Positions 52,300 through 64,000 of a DNA stretch of 64,000 bases are shown piece after piece. This stretch comes from Auanema rhodensis (Eukaryota > Animalia > Nematoda). Location of the stretch: NCBI GenBank assembly GCA_964057225.1, contig OZ059900.1:20522001-20586000 (forward strand). The letters run 5' to 3'. Made by a program: the position numbers and the translations under genes. Each line of letters begins with the position of its first letter. Within the stretch, counting starts at the first letter, position 1. The notes under the pieces are model-generated. The model ran no database searches. It saw nothing but the letters and a program-made list of their open reading frames with translations, and had not been told where the DNA came from.

Positions 52300-55200
52300 A
52301 CCCCTGTTTTTTTGTCGTGAAAGTGAAACTAGACGTTGTACGAACAATTTTGAGCTAGGTTTCATTGACATTGCATGAGTTTGAACACATGAAATCGTAA
52401 GTCAAAACCTTGTTTACAGCGAAATTTCCAAAAACTGGTTTTCCAGCATAATAAAATATTTCTCATGGGAAGTACTGTGTTTTTGTACTTTTCTAGTGTT
52501 CAGCATGTAAAATGCTTCATTTTAGTATGTAACACGCTGAAATTCGTTGCATTTGACGACTCATATGAACAAAAATCGATTTAATCAATATTAGCCATAA
52601 GGGGCGTGCCCTCAGAATATGCTAATTTCCTTAATTTTCTAACCCCTGTTTTTTTGTCGTGAAAGTGGAACTAGACGTTGTACGAACAATTTTGAGCTAG
52701 GTTTCATTGACATTGCATGAGTTTGAACACATGAAATCGTAAGTCAAAACCTTGTTTACAGCGAAATTTCCAAAAACTGGTTTTCCAGCATAATAAAATA
52801 TTTCTCGTGGGAAATACTGTGTTTTTGTATTTTTCTAGTGTTCAGCATGTAAAATGCTTCATTTTAGTATGTAACACGCTGAAATTCGTTGCATTTGACG
52901 ACTCATATGAACAAAAATCGATTTAATCAATATTAGCCATAAGGGGCGTGCCCTCAGAATATGCTAATTTCCTTAATTTTCTAACCCCTGTTTTTTTGTC
53001 GTGAAAGTGGAACTAGACGTTGTACGAACAATTTTGAGCTAGGTTTCATTGACATTGCATGAGTTTGAACACATGAAATCGTAAGTCAAAACCTTGTTTA
53101 CAGCGAAATTTCCAAAAACTGGTTTTCCAGCATAATAAAATATTTCTCATGGGAAATACTGTGTTTTTGTACTTTTCTAGTGTTCAGCATGTAAAATGCT
53201 TCATTTTAGTATGTAACACGCTGAAATTCGTTGCATTTGACGACTCATATGAACAAAAATCGATTTAATCAATATTAGCCATAAGGGGCGTGCCCTCAGA
53301 ATATGCTAATTTCCTTAATTTTCTAACCCCTGTTTTTTTGTCGTGAAAGTGGAACTAGACGTTGTACAAACAATTTTGAGCTAGGTTTCATTGACATTGC
53401 AAGAGTTTGAACACATGAAATCGTAAGTCAAAACCTTGTTTACAGCGAAATTTCCAAAAACTGGTTTTCCAGCATAATAAAATATTTCTCATGAGAAATA
53501 CTGTGTTTTTGTATTTTGCTAGTGTTCAGCATGTAAAATGCTTCATTTAAGTATGTAACACGCTGAAATTCGTTGCATTTGACTACTCATATGAACAAAA
53601 ATCGATTTAATCAATATTAGCCATAAGGGGCGTGCCCTCAGAATATGCTAATTTCCTTAATTTTCTAACCCCTGTTTTTTTGTCGTGAAAGTGGAACTAG
53701 ACGTTGTACAAACAATTTTGAGCTAGGTTTCATTGACATTGCATGAGTTTGAACACATGAAATCGTAAGTCAAAACCTTGTTTACAGCGAAATTTCCAAA
53801 AACTGGTTTACCAGCATAATAAAATATTTCTCATGAGAAATACTGTGTTTTTGTATTTTTCTAGTGTTCAGCATGTAAAATGCTTCATTTTAGTATGTAA
53901 CACGCTGAAATTCGTTGCATTTGACGACTCATACGAACAAAAATCGATTTAATCAATATTAGCCATAAGGGGCGTGCCCTCAGAATATGCTAATTTACTT
54001 AATTTTCTAACCCCTGTTTTTTTGTCGTGAAAGTGGAACTAGACGTTGTACAAACAATTTTGAGCTAGGTTTCATTGACATTGCATGAGTTTGAACACAT
54101 GAAATCGTAAGTCAAAACCTTGTTTACAGCGAAATTTCCAAAAACTGGTTTTCCAGCATAATAAAATATTTCTCATGGGAAATACTGTGTTTTGGTATTT
54201 TTCTAGTGTTCAGCATGTAAAATGCTTCATTTTAGTATGTAACACGCTGAAATTCGTTGCATTTGACGACTCATATGAACAAAAATCGATTTAATCAATA
54301 TTAGCCATAAGGGGCGTGCCCTCAGAATATGCTAATTTCCTTAATTTTCTAACCCCTGTATTTTGTCGTGAAAGTGGAACTAGACGTTGTAGGAACAATT
54401 TTGAGCTAGGTTTCATTGACATTGCATGAGTTTGAACACATGAAATCGTAAGTCAAAACCTTGTTTACAGCGAAATTTCCAAAAACTGGTTTTCCAGCAT
54501 AATAAAATATTTCTCATGGGAAATACTGTGTTTTTGTATTTTTCTAGTGTTCAGCATGTAAAATGCTTCATTTTAGTATGTAACACGCTGAAATTCGTTG
54601 CATTTGACGACTCATATGAACAAAAATCGATTTAATCAATATTAGCCATAAGGGGCGTGCCCTCAGAATATGCTAATTTCCTTAATTTTCTAACCCCTGT
54701 TTTTTTGTCGTGAAAGTGAAACTAGACGTTGTACGAACAATTTTGAGCTAGGTTTCATTGACATTGCATGAGTTTGAACACATGAAATCGTAAGTCAAAA
54801 CCTTGTTTACAGCGAAATTTCCAAAAACTGGTTTTCCAGCATAATAAAATATTTCTCATGGGAAATACTGTGTTTTTGTACTTTTCTAGTGTTCAGCATG
54901 TAAAATGCTTCATTTTAGTATGTAACACGCTGAAATTCGTTGCATTTGACGACTCATATGAACAAAAATCGATTTAATCAATATTAGCCATAAGGGGCGT
55001 GCCCTCAGAATATGCTAATTTCCTTAATTTTCTAACCCCTGTTTTTTTGTCGTGAAAGTGGAACTAGACGTTGTACGAACAATTTTGAGCTAGGTTTCAT
55101 TGACATTGCATGAGTTTGAACACATGAAATCGTAAGTCAAAACCTTGTTTACAGCGAAATTTCCAAAAACTGGTTTTCCAGCATAATAAAATATTTCTCG

Positions 55201-58200
55201 TGGGAAATACTGTGTTTTTGTATTTTTCTAGTGTTCAGCATGTAAAATGCTTCATTTTAGTATGTAACACGCTGAAATTCGTTGCATTTGACGACTCATA
55301 TGAACAAAAATCGATTTAATCAATATTAGCCATAAGGGGCGTGCCCTCAGAATATGCTAATTTCCTTAATTTTCTAACCCCTGTTTTTTTGTCGTGAAAG
55401 TGGAACTAGACGTTGTACGAACAATTTTGAGCTAGGTTTCATTGACATTGCATGAGTTTGAACACATGAAATCGTAAGTCAAAACCTTGTTTACAGCGAA
55501 ATTTCCAAAAACTGGTTTTCCAGCATAATAAAATATTTCTCATGGGAAATACTGTGTTTTTGTACTTTTCTAGTGTTCAGCATGTAAAATGCTTCATTTT
55601 AGTATGTAACACGCTGAAATTCGTTGCATTTGACGACTCATATGAACAAAAATCGATTTAATCAATATTAGCCATAAGGGGCGTGCCCTCAGAATATGCT
55701 AATTTCCTTAATTTTCTAACCCCTGTTTTTTTGTCGTGAAAGTGGAACTAGACGTTGTACAAACAATTTTGAGCTAGGTTTCATTGACATTGCAAGAGTT
55801 TGAACACATGAAATCGTAAGTCAAAACCTTGTTTACAGCGAAATTTCCAAAAACTGGTTTTCCAGCATAATAAAATATTTCTCATGAGAAATACTGTGTT
55901 TTTGTATTTTGCTAGTGTTCAGCATGTAAAATGCTTCATTTAAGTATGTAACACGCTGAAATTCGTTGCATTTGACTACTCATATGAACAAAAATCGATT
56001 TAATCAATATTAGCCATAAGGGGCGTGCCCTCAGAATATGCTAATTTCCTTAATTTTCTAACCCCTGTTTTTTTGTCGTGAAAGTGGAACTAGACGTTGT
56101 ACAAACAATTTTGAGCTAGGTTTCATTGACATTGCATGAGTTTGAACACATGAAATCGTAAGTCAAAACCTTGTTTACAGCGAAATTTCCAAAAACTGGT
56201 TTACCAGCATAATAAAATATTTCTCATGAGAAATACTGTGTTTTTGTATTTTTCTAGTGTTCAGCATGTAAAATGCTTCATTTTAGTATGTAACACGCTG
56301 AAATTCGTTGCATTTGACGACTCATACGAACAAAAATCGATTTAATCAATATTAGCCATAAGGGGCGTGCCCTCAGAATATGCTAATTTACTTAATTTTC
56401 TAACCCCTGTTTTTTTGTCGTGAAAGTGGAACTAGACGTTGTACAAACAATTTTGAGCTAGGTTTCATTGACATTGCATGAGTTTGAACACATGAAATCG
56501 TAAGTCAAAACCTTGTTTACAGCGAAATTTCCAAAAACTGGTTTTCCAGCATAATAAAATATTTCTCATGGGAAATACTGTGTTTTGGTATTTTTCTAGT
56601 GTTCAGCATGTAAAATGCTTCATTTTAGTATGTAACACGCTGAAATTCGTTGCATTTGACGACTCATATGAACAAAAATCGATTTAATCAATATTAGCCA
56701 TAAGGGGCGTGCCCTCAGAATATGCTAATTTCCTTAATTTTCTAACCCCTGTATTTTGTCGTGAAAGTGGAACTAGACGTTGTAGGAACAATTTTGAGCT
56801 AGGTTTCATTGACATTGCATGAGTTTGAACACATGAAATCGTAAGTCAAAACCTTGTTTACAGCGAAATTTCCAAAAACTGGTTTTCCAGCATAATAAAA
56901 TATTTCTCATGGGAAATACTTAGTTTTTGTATTTTTCTAGTGTTCAGCATGTAAAATGCTTCATTTTAGTATGTAACACGCTGAAATTCGTTGCATTTGA
57001 CGACTCATATGAACAAAAATCGATTTAATCAATATTAGCCATAAGGGGCGTGCCCTCAGAATATGCTAATTTCCTTAATTTTCTAACCCCTGTTTTTTTG
57101 TCGTGAAAGTGGAACTAGACGTTGTACGAACAATTTTGAGCTAGGTTTCATTGACATTGCATGAGTTTGAACACATGAAATCGTAAGTCAAAACCTTGTT
57201 TACAGCGAAATTTCCAAAAACTGGTTTTCCAGCATAATAAAATATTTCTCGTGGGAAATACTGTGTTTTTGTATTTTTCTAGTGTTCAGCATGTAAAATG
57301 CTTCATTTTAGTATGTAACACGCTGAAATTCGTTGCATTTGACGACTCATATGAACAAAAATCGATTTAATCAATATTAGCCATAAGGGGCGTGCCCTCA
57401 GAATATGCTAATTTCCTTAATTTTCTAACCCCTGTTTTTTTGTCGTGAAAGTGGAACTAGACGTTGTACGAACAATTTTGAGCTAGGTTTCATTGACATT
57501 GCATGAGTTTGAACACATGAAATCGTAAGTCAAAACCTTGTTTACAGCGAAATTTCCAAAAACTGGTTTTCCAGCATAATAAAATATTTCTCATGGGAAA
57601 TACTGTGTTTTTGTACTTTTCTAGTGTTCAGCATGTAAAATGCTTCATTTTAGTATGTAACACGCTGAAATTCGTTGCATTTGACGACTCATATGAACAA
57701 AAATCGATTTAATCAATATTAGCCATAAGGGGCGTGCCCTCAGAATATGCTAATTTCCTTAATTTTCTAACCCCTGTTTTTTTGTCGTGAAAGTGGAACT
57801 AGACGTTGTACAAACAATTTTGAGCTAGGTTTCATTGACATTGCAAGAGTTTGAACACATGAAATCGTAAGTCAAAACCTTGTTTACAGCGAAATTTCCA
57901 AAAACTGGTTTTCCAGCATAATAAAATATTTCTCATGAGAAATACTGTGTTTTTGTATTTTTCTAGTGTTCAGCATGTAAAATGCTTCATTTAAGTATGT
58001 AACACGCTGAAATTCGTTGCATTTGACTACTCATATGAACAAAAATCGATTTAATCAATATTAGCCATAAGGGGCGTGCCCTCAGAATATGCTAATTTCC
58101 TTAATTTTCTAACCCCTGTTTTTTTGTCGTGAAAGTGGAACTAGACGTTGTACAAACAATTTTGAGCTAGGTTTCATTGACATTGCATGAGTTTGAACAC

Positions 58201-61200
58201 ATGAAATCGTAAGTCAAAACCTTGTTTACAGCGAAATTTCCAAAAACTGGTTTACCAGCATAATAAAATATTTCTCATGAGAAATACTGTGTTTTTGTAT
58301 TTTTCTAGTGTTCAGCATGTAAAATGCTTCATTTTAGTATGTAACACGCTGAAATTCGTTGCATTTGACGACTCATACGAACAAAAATCGATTTAATCAA
58401 TATTAGCCATAAGGGGCGTGCCCTCAGAATATGCTAATTTACTTAATTTTCTAACCCCTGTTTTTTTGTCGTGAAAGTGGAACTAGACGTTGTACAAACA
58501 ATTTTGAGCTAGGTTTCATTGACATTGCATGAGTTTGAACACATGAAATCGTAAGTCAAAACCTTGTTTACAGCGAAATTTCCAAAAACTGGTTTTCCAG
58601 CATAATAAAATATTTCTCATGGGAAATACTGTGTTTTGGTATTTTTCTAGTGTTCAGCATGTAAAATGCTTCATTTTAGTATGTAACACGCTGAAATTCG
58701 TTGCATTTGACGACTCATATGAACAAAAATCGATTTAATCAATATTAGCCATAAGGGGCGTGCCCTCAGAATATGCTAATTTCCTTAATTTTCTAACCCC
58801 TGTATTTTGTCGTGAAAGTGGAACTAGACGTTGTAGGAACAATTTTGAGCTAGGTTTCATTGACATTGCATGAGTTTGAACACATGAAATCGTAAGTCAA
58901 AACCTTGTTTACAGCGAAATTTCCAAAAACTGGTTTTCCAGCATAATAAAATATTTCTCATGGGAAATACTTAGTTTTTGTATTTTTCTAGTGTTCAGCA
59001 TGTAAAATGCTTCATTTTAGTATGTAACACGCTGAAATTCGTTGCATTTGACGACTCATATGAACAAAAATCGATTTAATCAATATTAGCCATAAGGGGC
59101 GTGCCCTCAGAATATGCTAATTTCCTTAATTTTCTAACCCCTGTTTTTTTGTCGTGAAAGTGGAACTAGACGTTGTACAAACAATTTTGAGCTAGGTTTC
59201 ATTGACATTGCATGAGTTTGAACACATGAAATCGTAAGTCAAAACCTTGTTTACAGCGAAATTTCCAAAAACTGGTTTTCCAGCATAATAAAATTTTTCT
59301 CATGGGAAATACTGTGTTTTTGTATTTTTCTAGTGTTCAGCATGTAAAATAATTCATTTTAGTATGTAACACGCTGAAATTCGTTGCATTTGACGACTCA
59401 TATGAACAAAAATCGATTTAATCAATATTAGCCATAAGGGGCGTGCCCTCAGAATATGCTAATTTCCTAAACTTTCTAACCCCTGTTTTTTTGTCGTGAA
59501 AGTGGAACTAGACGTTGTACGAACAATTTTGAGCTAGGTTTCATTGACATTGCAAGAGTTTGAACACATGAAATCGTAAGTCAAAACCTTGTTTACAGCG
59601 AAATTTCCAAAAACTGGTTTTCCAGCATAATAAAATATTTCTCATGGGAAAAACTGTGTTTTTGTATTTTTTTAGTGTTCAGCATGTAAAATATTTCATT
59701 TTAGTATGTAACACGCTGAAATTCGTTGCATTTGACGACTCATATGAACAAAAATCGATTTAATCAATATTAGCCATAAGGGGCGTGCCCTCAGAATATG
59801 CTAATTTCCTTAATTTTCTAACCCCTGTTTTTTTGTCGTGAAAGTGGAACTAGACGTTGTACAAACAATTTTGAGCTAGGTTTCATTGACATTGCATGAG
59901 TTTGAACACATGAAATCGTAAGTCAAAACCTTGTTTACAGCGAAATTTCCAAAAACTGGTTTTCCAGCATAATAAAATATTTCTCATGGGAAATACTGTG
60001 TTTTTGTATTTTTCTAGTGTTCAGCATGTAAAATGCTTCATTTTAGTATGTAACACGCTGAAATTCGTTGCATTTGACTACTCATATGAACAAAAATCGA
60101 TTTAATCAATATTAGCCATAAGGGGCGTGCCCTCAGAATATGCTAATTTCCTTAATTTTCTAACCCCTGTTTTTTTGTCGTGAAAGTGGAACTAGACGTT
60201 GTACAAACAATTTTGAGCTAGGTTTCATTGACATTGCATGAGTTTGAACACATGAAATCGTAAGTCAAAACCTTGTTTACAGCGAAATTTCCAAAAACTG
60301 GTTTTCCAGCATAATAAAATATTTCTCATGAGAAATACTGTGTTTTTGTATTTTTCTAGTGTTCAGTATGTAAAATGCTTCATTTTAGTATGTAACACGC
60401 TGAAATTCGTTGCATTTGACGACTCATATGAACAAAAATCGATTTAATCAATATTAGCCATAAGGGGCGTGCCCTCAGAATATGCTAATTTCCTTAATTT
60501 TCTAACCCCTGTTTTTTTGTCGTGAAAGTGGAACTAGACGTTGTACGAACAATTTTGAGCTAGGTTTCATTGACATTGCATGAGTTTGAACACATGAAAT
60601 CGTATGTCAAAACCTTGTTTACAGCGAAATTTCCAAAAACTGGTTTTCCAGCATAATAAAATATTTCTCATGGGAAAAACTGTGTTTTTGTATTTTTTAG
60701 TGTTCAGCATGTAAAATGCTTCATTTTAGTATGTAACACGCTGAAATTCGTTGCAGTTGACGACTCATATGAACAAAAATCGATTTAATCAATATTAGCC
60801 ATAAGGGGCGTGCCCTCAGAATATGCTAATTTCTCAAACTTTCTAACCCCTGTTTTTTTGTCGTGAAAGTGGAACTAGACGTTGTACAAACAATTTTGAG
60901 CTAGGTTTCATTGACATTGCATGAGTTTGAACATATGAAATCGTAAGTCAAAACCTTGTTTACAGCGAAATTTCCAAAAACTGGTTTTCAAGCATAATAA
61001 AATATTTCTCATGGGAAATACTGTGTTTTTGTATTTTTCTAGTGTTCAGCATGTAAAATGCTTCATTTTAGTTTGTAACACGCTGAAATTCGTTGCATTT
61101 GACGACTCATATGAACAAAAATCGATTTAATCAATATTAGCCATAAGGGGCGTGCCCTCAGAATATGCTAATTTCCTTAATTTTCTAACCCCTGTTTTTT

Positions 61201-64000
61201 TGTCGTGAAAGTGGAACTAGACGTTGTACAAACAATTTTGAGCTAGGTTTCATTGACATTGCATGAGTTTGAACACATGAAATCGTAAGTCAAAACCTTG
61301 TTTACAGCGAAATTTCCAAAAACTGGTTTTCCAGCATAATAAAATTTTTCTCATGGGAAATACTGTGTTTTTGTATTTTTCTAGTGTTCAGCATGTAAAA
61401 TAATTCATTTTAGTATGTAACACGCTGAAATTCGTTGCATTTGACGACTCATATGAACAAAAATCGATTTAATCAATATTAGCCATAAGGGGCGTGCCCT
61501 CAGAATATGCTAATTTCCTAAACTTTCTAACCCCTGTTTTTTTGTCGTAAAAGTGGAACTAGACGTTGTACGAACAATTTTGAGCTAGGTTTCATTGACA
61601 TTGCAAGAGTTTGAACACATGAAATCGTAAGTCAAAACCTTGTTTACAGCGAAATTTCCAAAAACTGGTTTTCCAGCATAATAAAATATTTCTCATGGGA
61701 AAAACTGTGTTTTTGTATTTTTTTAGTGTTCAGCATGTAAAATATTTCATTTTAGTATGTAACACGCTGAAATTCGTTGCATTTGACGACTCATATGAAC
61801 AAAAATCGATTTAATCAATATTAGCCATAAGGGGCGTGCCCTCAGAATATGCTAATTTCCTAAACTTTCTAACCCCTGTTTTTTTGTCGTGAAAGTGGAA
61901 CTAGACGTTGTACGAACAATTTTGAGCTAGGTTTCATTGACATTGCAAGAGTTTGAACACATGAAATCGTAAGTCAAAACCTTGTTTACAGCGAAATTTC
62001 CAAAAACTGGTTTACCAGCATAATAAAATATTTCTCATGAGAAATACTGTGTTTTTGTATTTTTCTAGTGTTCAGCATGTAAAATGCTTCATTTTAGTAT
62101 GTAACACGCTGAAATTCGTTGCATTTGACGACTCATACGAACAAAAATCGATTTAATCAATATTAGCCATAAGGGGCGTGCCCTCAGAATATGCTAATTT
62201 ACTTAATTTTCTAACCCCTGTTTTTTTGTCGTGAAAGTGGAACTAGACGTTGTACAAACAATTTTGAGCTAGGTTTCATTGACATTGCATGAGTTTGAAC
62301 ACATGAAATCGTAAGTCAAAACCTTGTTTACAGCGAAATTTCCAAAAACTGGTTTTCCAGCATAATAAAATATTTCTCATGGGAAATACTGTGTTTTGGT
62401 ATTTTTCTAGTGTTCAGCATGTAAAATGCTTCATTTTAGTATGTAACACGCTGAAATTCGTTGCATTTGACGACTCATATGAACAAAAATCGATTTAATC
62501 AATATTAGCCATAAGGGGCGTGCCCTCAGAATATGCTAATTTCCTTAATTTTCTAACCCCTGTATTTTGTCGTGAAAGTGGAACTAGACGTTGTAGGAAC
62601 AATTTTGAGCTAGGTTTCATTGACATTGCATGAGTTTGAACACATGAAATCGTAAGTCAAAACCTTGTTTACAGCGAAATTTCCAAAAACTGGTTTTCCA
62701 GCATAATAAAATATTTCTCATGGGAAATACTTAGTTTTTGTATTTTTCTAGTGTTCAGCATGTAAAATGCTTCATTTTAGTATGTAACACGCTGAAATTC
62801 GTTGCATTTGACGACTCATATGAACAAAAATCGATTTAATCAATATTAGCCATAAGGGGCGTGCCCTCAGAATATGCTAATTTCCTTAATTTTCTAACCC
62901 CTGTTTTTTTGTCGTGAAAGTGGAACTAGACGTTGTACAAACAATTTTGAGCTAGGTTTCATTGACATTGCATGAGTTTGAACACATGAAATCGTAAGTC
63001 AAAACCTTGTTTACAGCGAAATTTCCAAAAACTGGTTTTCCAGCATAATAAAATTTTTCTCATGGGAAATACTGTGTTTTTGTATTTTTCTAGTGTTCAG
63101 CATGTAAAATAATTCATTTTAGTATGTAACACGCTGAAATTCGTTGCATTTGACGACTCATATGAACAAAAATCGATTTAATCAATATTAGCCATAAGGG
63201 GCGTGCCCTCAGAATATGCTAATTTCCTAAACTTTCTAACCCCTGTTTTTTTGTCGTGAAAGTGGAACTAGACGTTGTACGAACAATTTTGAGCTAGGTT
63301 TCATTGACATTGCAAGAGTTTGAACACATGAAATCGTAAGTCAAAACCTTGTTTACAGCGAAATTTCCAAAAACTGGTTTTCCAGCATAATAAAATATTT
63401 CTCATGGGAAAAACTGTGTTTTTGTATTTTTTTAGTGTTCAGCATGTAAAATATTTCATTTTAGTATGTAACACGCTGAAATTCGTTGCATTTGACGACT
63501 CATATGAACAAAAATCGATTTAATCAATATTAGCCATAAGGGGCGTGCCCTCAGAATATGCTAATTTCCTTAATTTTCTAACCCCTGTTTTTTTGTCGTG
63601 AAAGTGGAACTAGACGTTGTACAAACAATTTTGAGCTAGGTTTCATTGACATTGCATGAGTTTGAACACATGAAATCGTAAGTCAAAACCTTGTTTACAG
63701 CGAAATTTCCAAAAACTGGTTTTCCAGCATAATAAAATATTTCTCATGGGAAATACTGTGTTTTTGTATTTTTCTAGTGTTCAGCATGTAAAATGCTTCA
63801 TTTTAGTATGTAACACGCTGAAATTCGTTGCATTTGACTACTCATATGAACAAAAATCGATTTAATCAATATTAGCCATAAGGGGCGTGCCCTCAGAATA
63901 TGCTAATTTCCTTAATTTTCTAACCCCTGTTTTTTTGTCGTGAAAGTGGAACTAGACGTTGTACGAACAATTTTGAGCTAGGTTTCATTGACATTGCATG
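52300..64000 (-). repeat. Variable-length higher-order repeat (7-, 6- and 11-monomer spacing)
   Basis: A marker monomer with 'cctgtattttgtc' plus 'gtaggaac' occurs at 54360, 56753, 58804 and 62564 (spacings 2393, 2051, 3760), each preceded by the same 'ttacc', 'atacg', 'tttactt', 'tttggta' series. Confidence 0.82.

Larger units (their letters stand above)
34616..64000 (-). repeat. 342-bp satellite array, block D (about 86 monomers, reverse orientation, runs off the window end)
   Basis: Continuous reverse-complement monomers, with one 5-bp deletion (about 49133) and several 1-bp deletions. Confidence 0.99.

Noticed and set aside
1-64000. CRISPR array or repeat-spacer system
   Set aside because: There are no unique spacers; the full 342 bp repeats head to tail, and there are no cas or other genes.

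Overview
The whole window is non-coding, AT-rich (about 34-35% GC by my count of one monomer) satellite DNA: roughly 186 copies of one 342-bp monomer, typically differing by only 0-6 substitutions. There are no genes, RNA genes, CRISPR arrays or transposons; the three supplied ORFs exist only because they read through an N gap. The array has four orientation blocks: A (+, 1-22308), a 200-N scaffold gap (22309-22508), B (-, 22509-26385), C (+, 26390-34615) and D (-, 34616-64000). The most interesting structure is block C, an 8.2-kb inverted island with two sequence-resolved junctions. Its breakpoints are not reciprocal, and diagnostic SNPs are mirrored across both junctions, which fits fold-back/template-switch inverted duplication better than a simple inversion. 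Other observations: three independent rearrangements break within one 9-bp stretch of the monomer; the monomer is rich in dyad symmetries and looks like a degenerate 2 x 171-bp dimer; some SNPs perfect quasi-palindromes; and local higher-order repeats of 3, 4, 6, 7, 9, 10 and 11 monomers occur, plus a 4.9-kb duplication 39 monomers apart. The array looks eukaryotic and (peri)centromeric, but I cannot identify the organism or family, and centromere function is only an inference.
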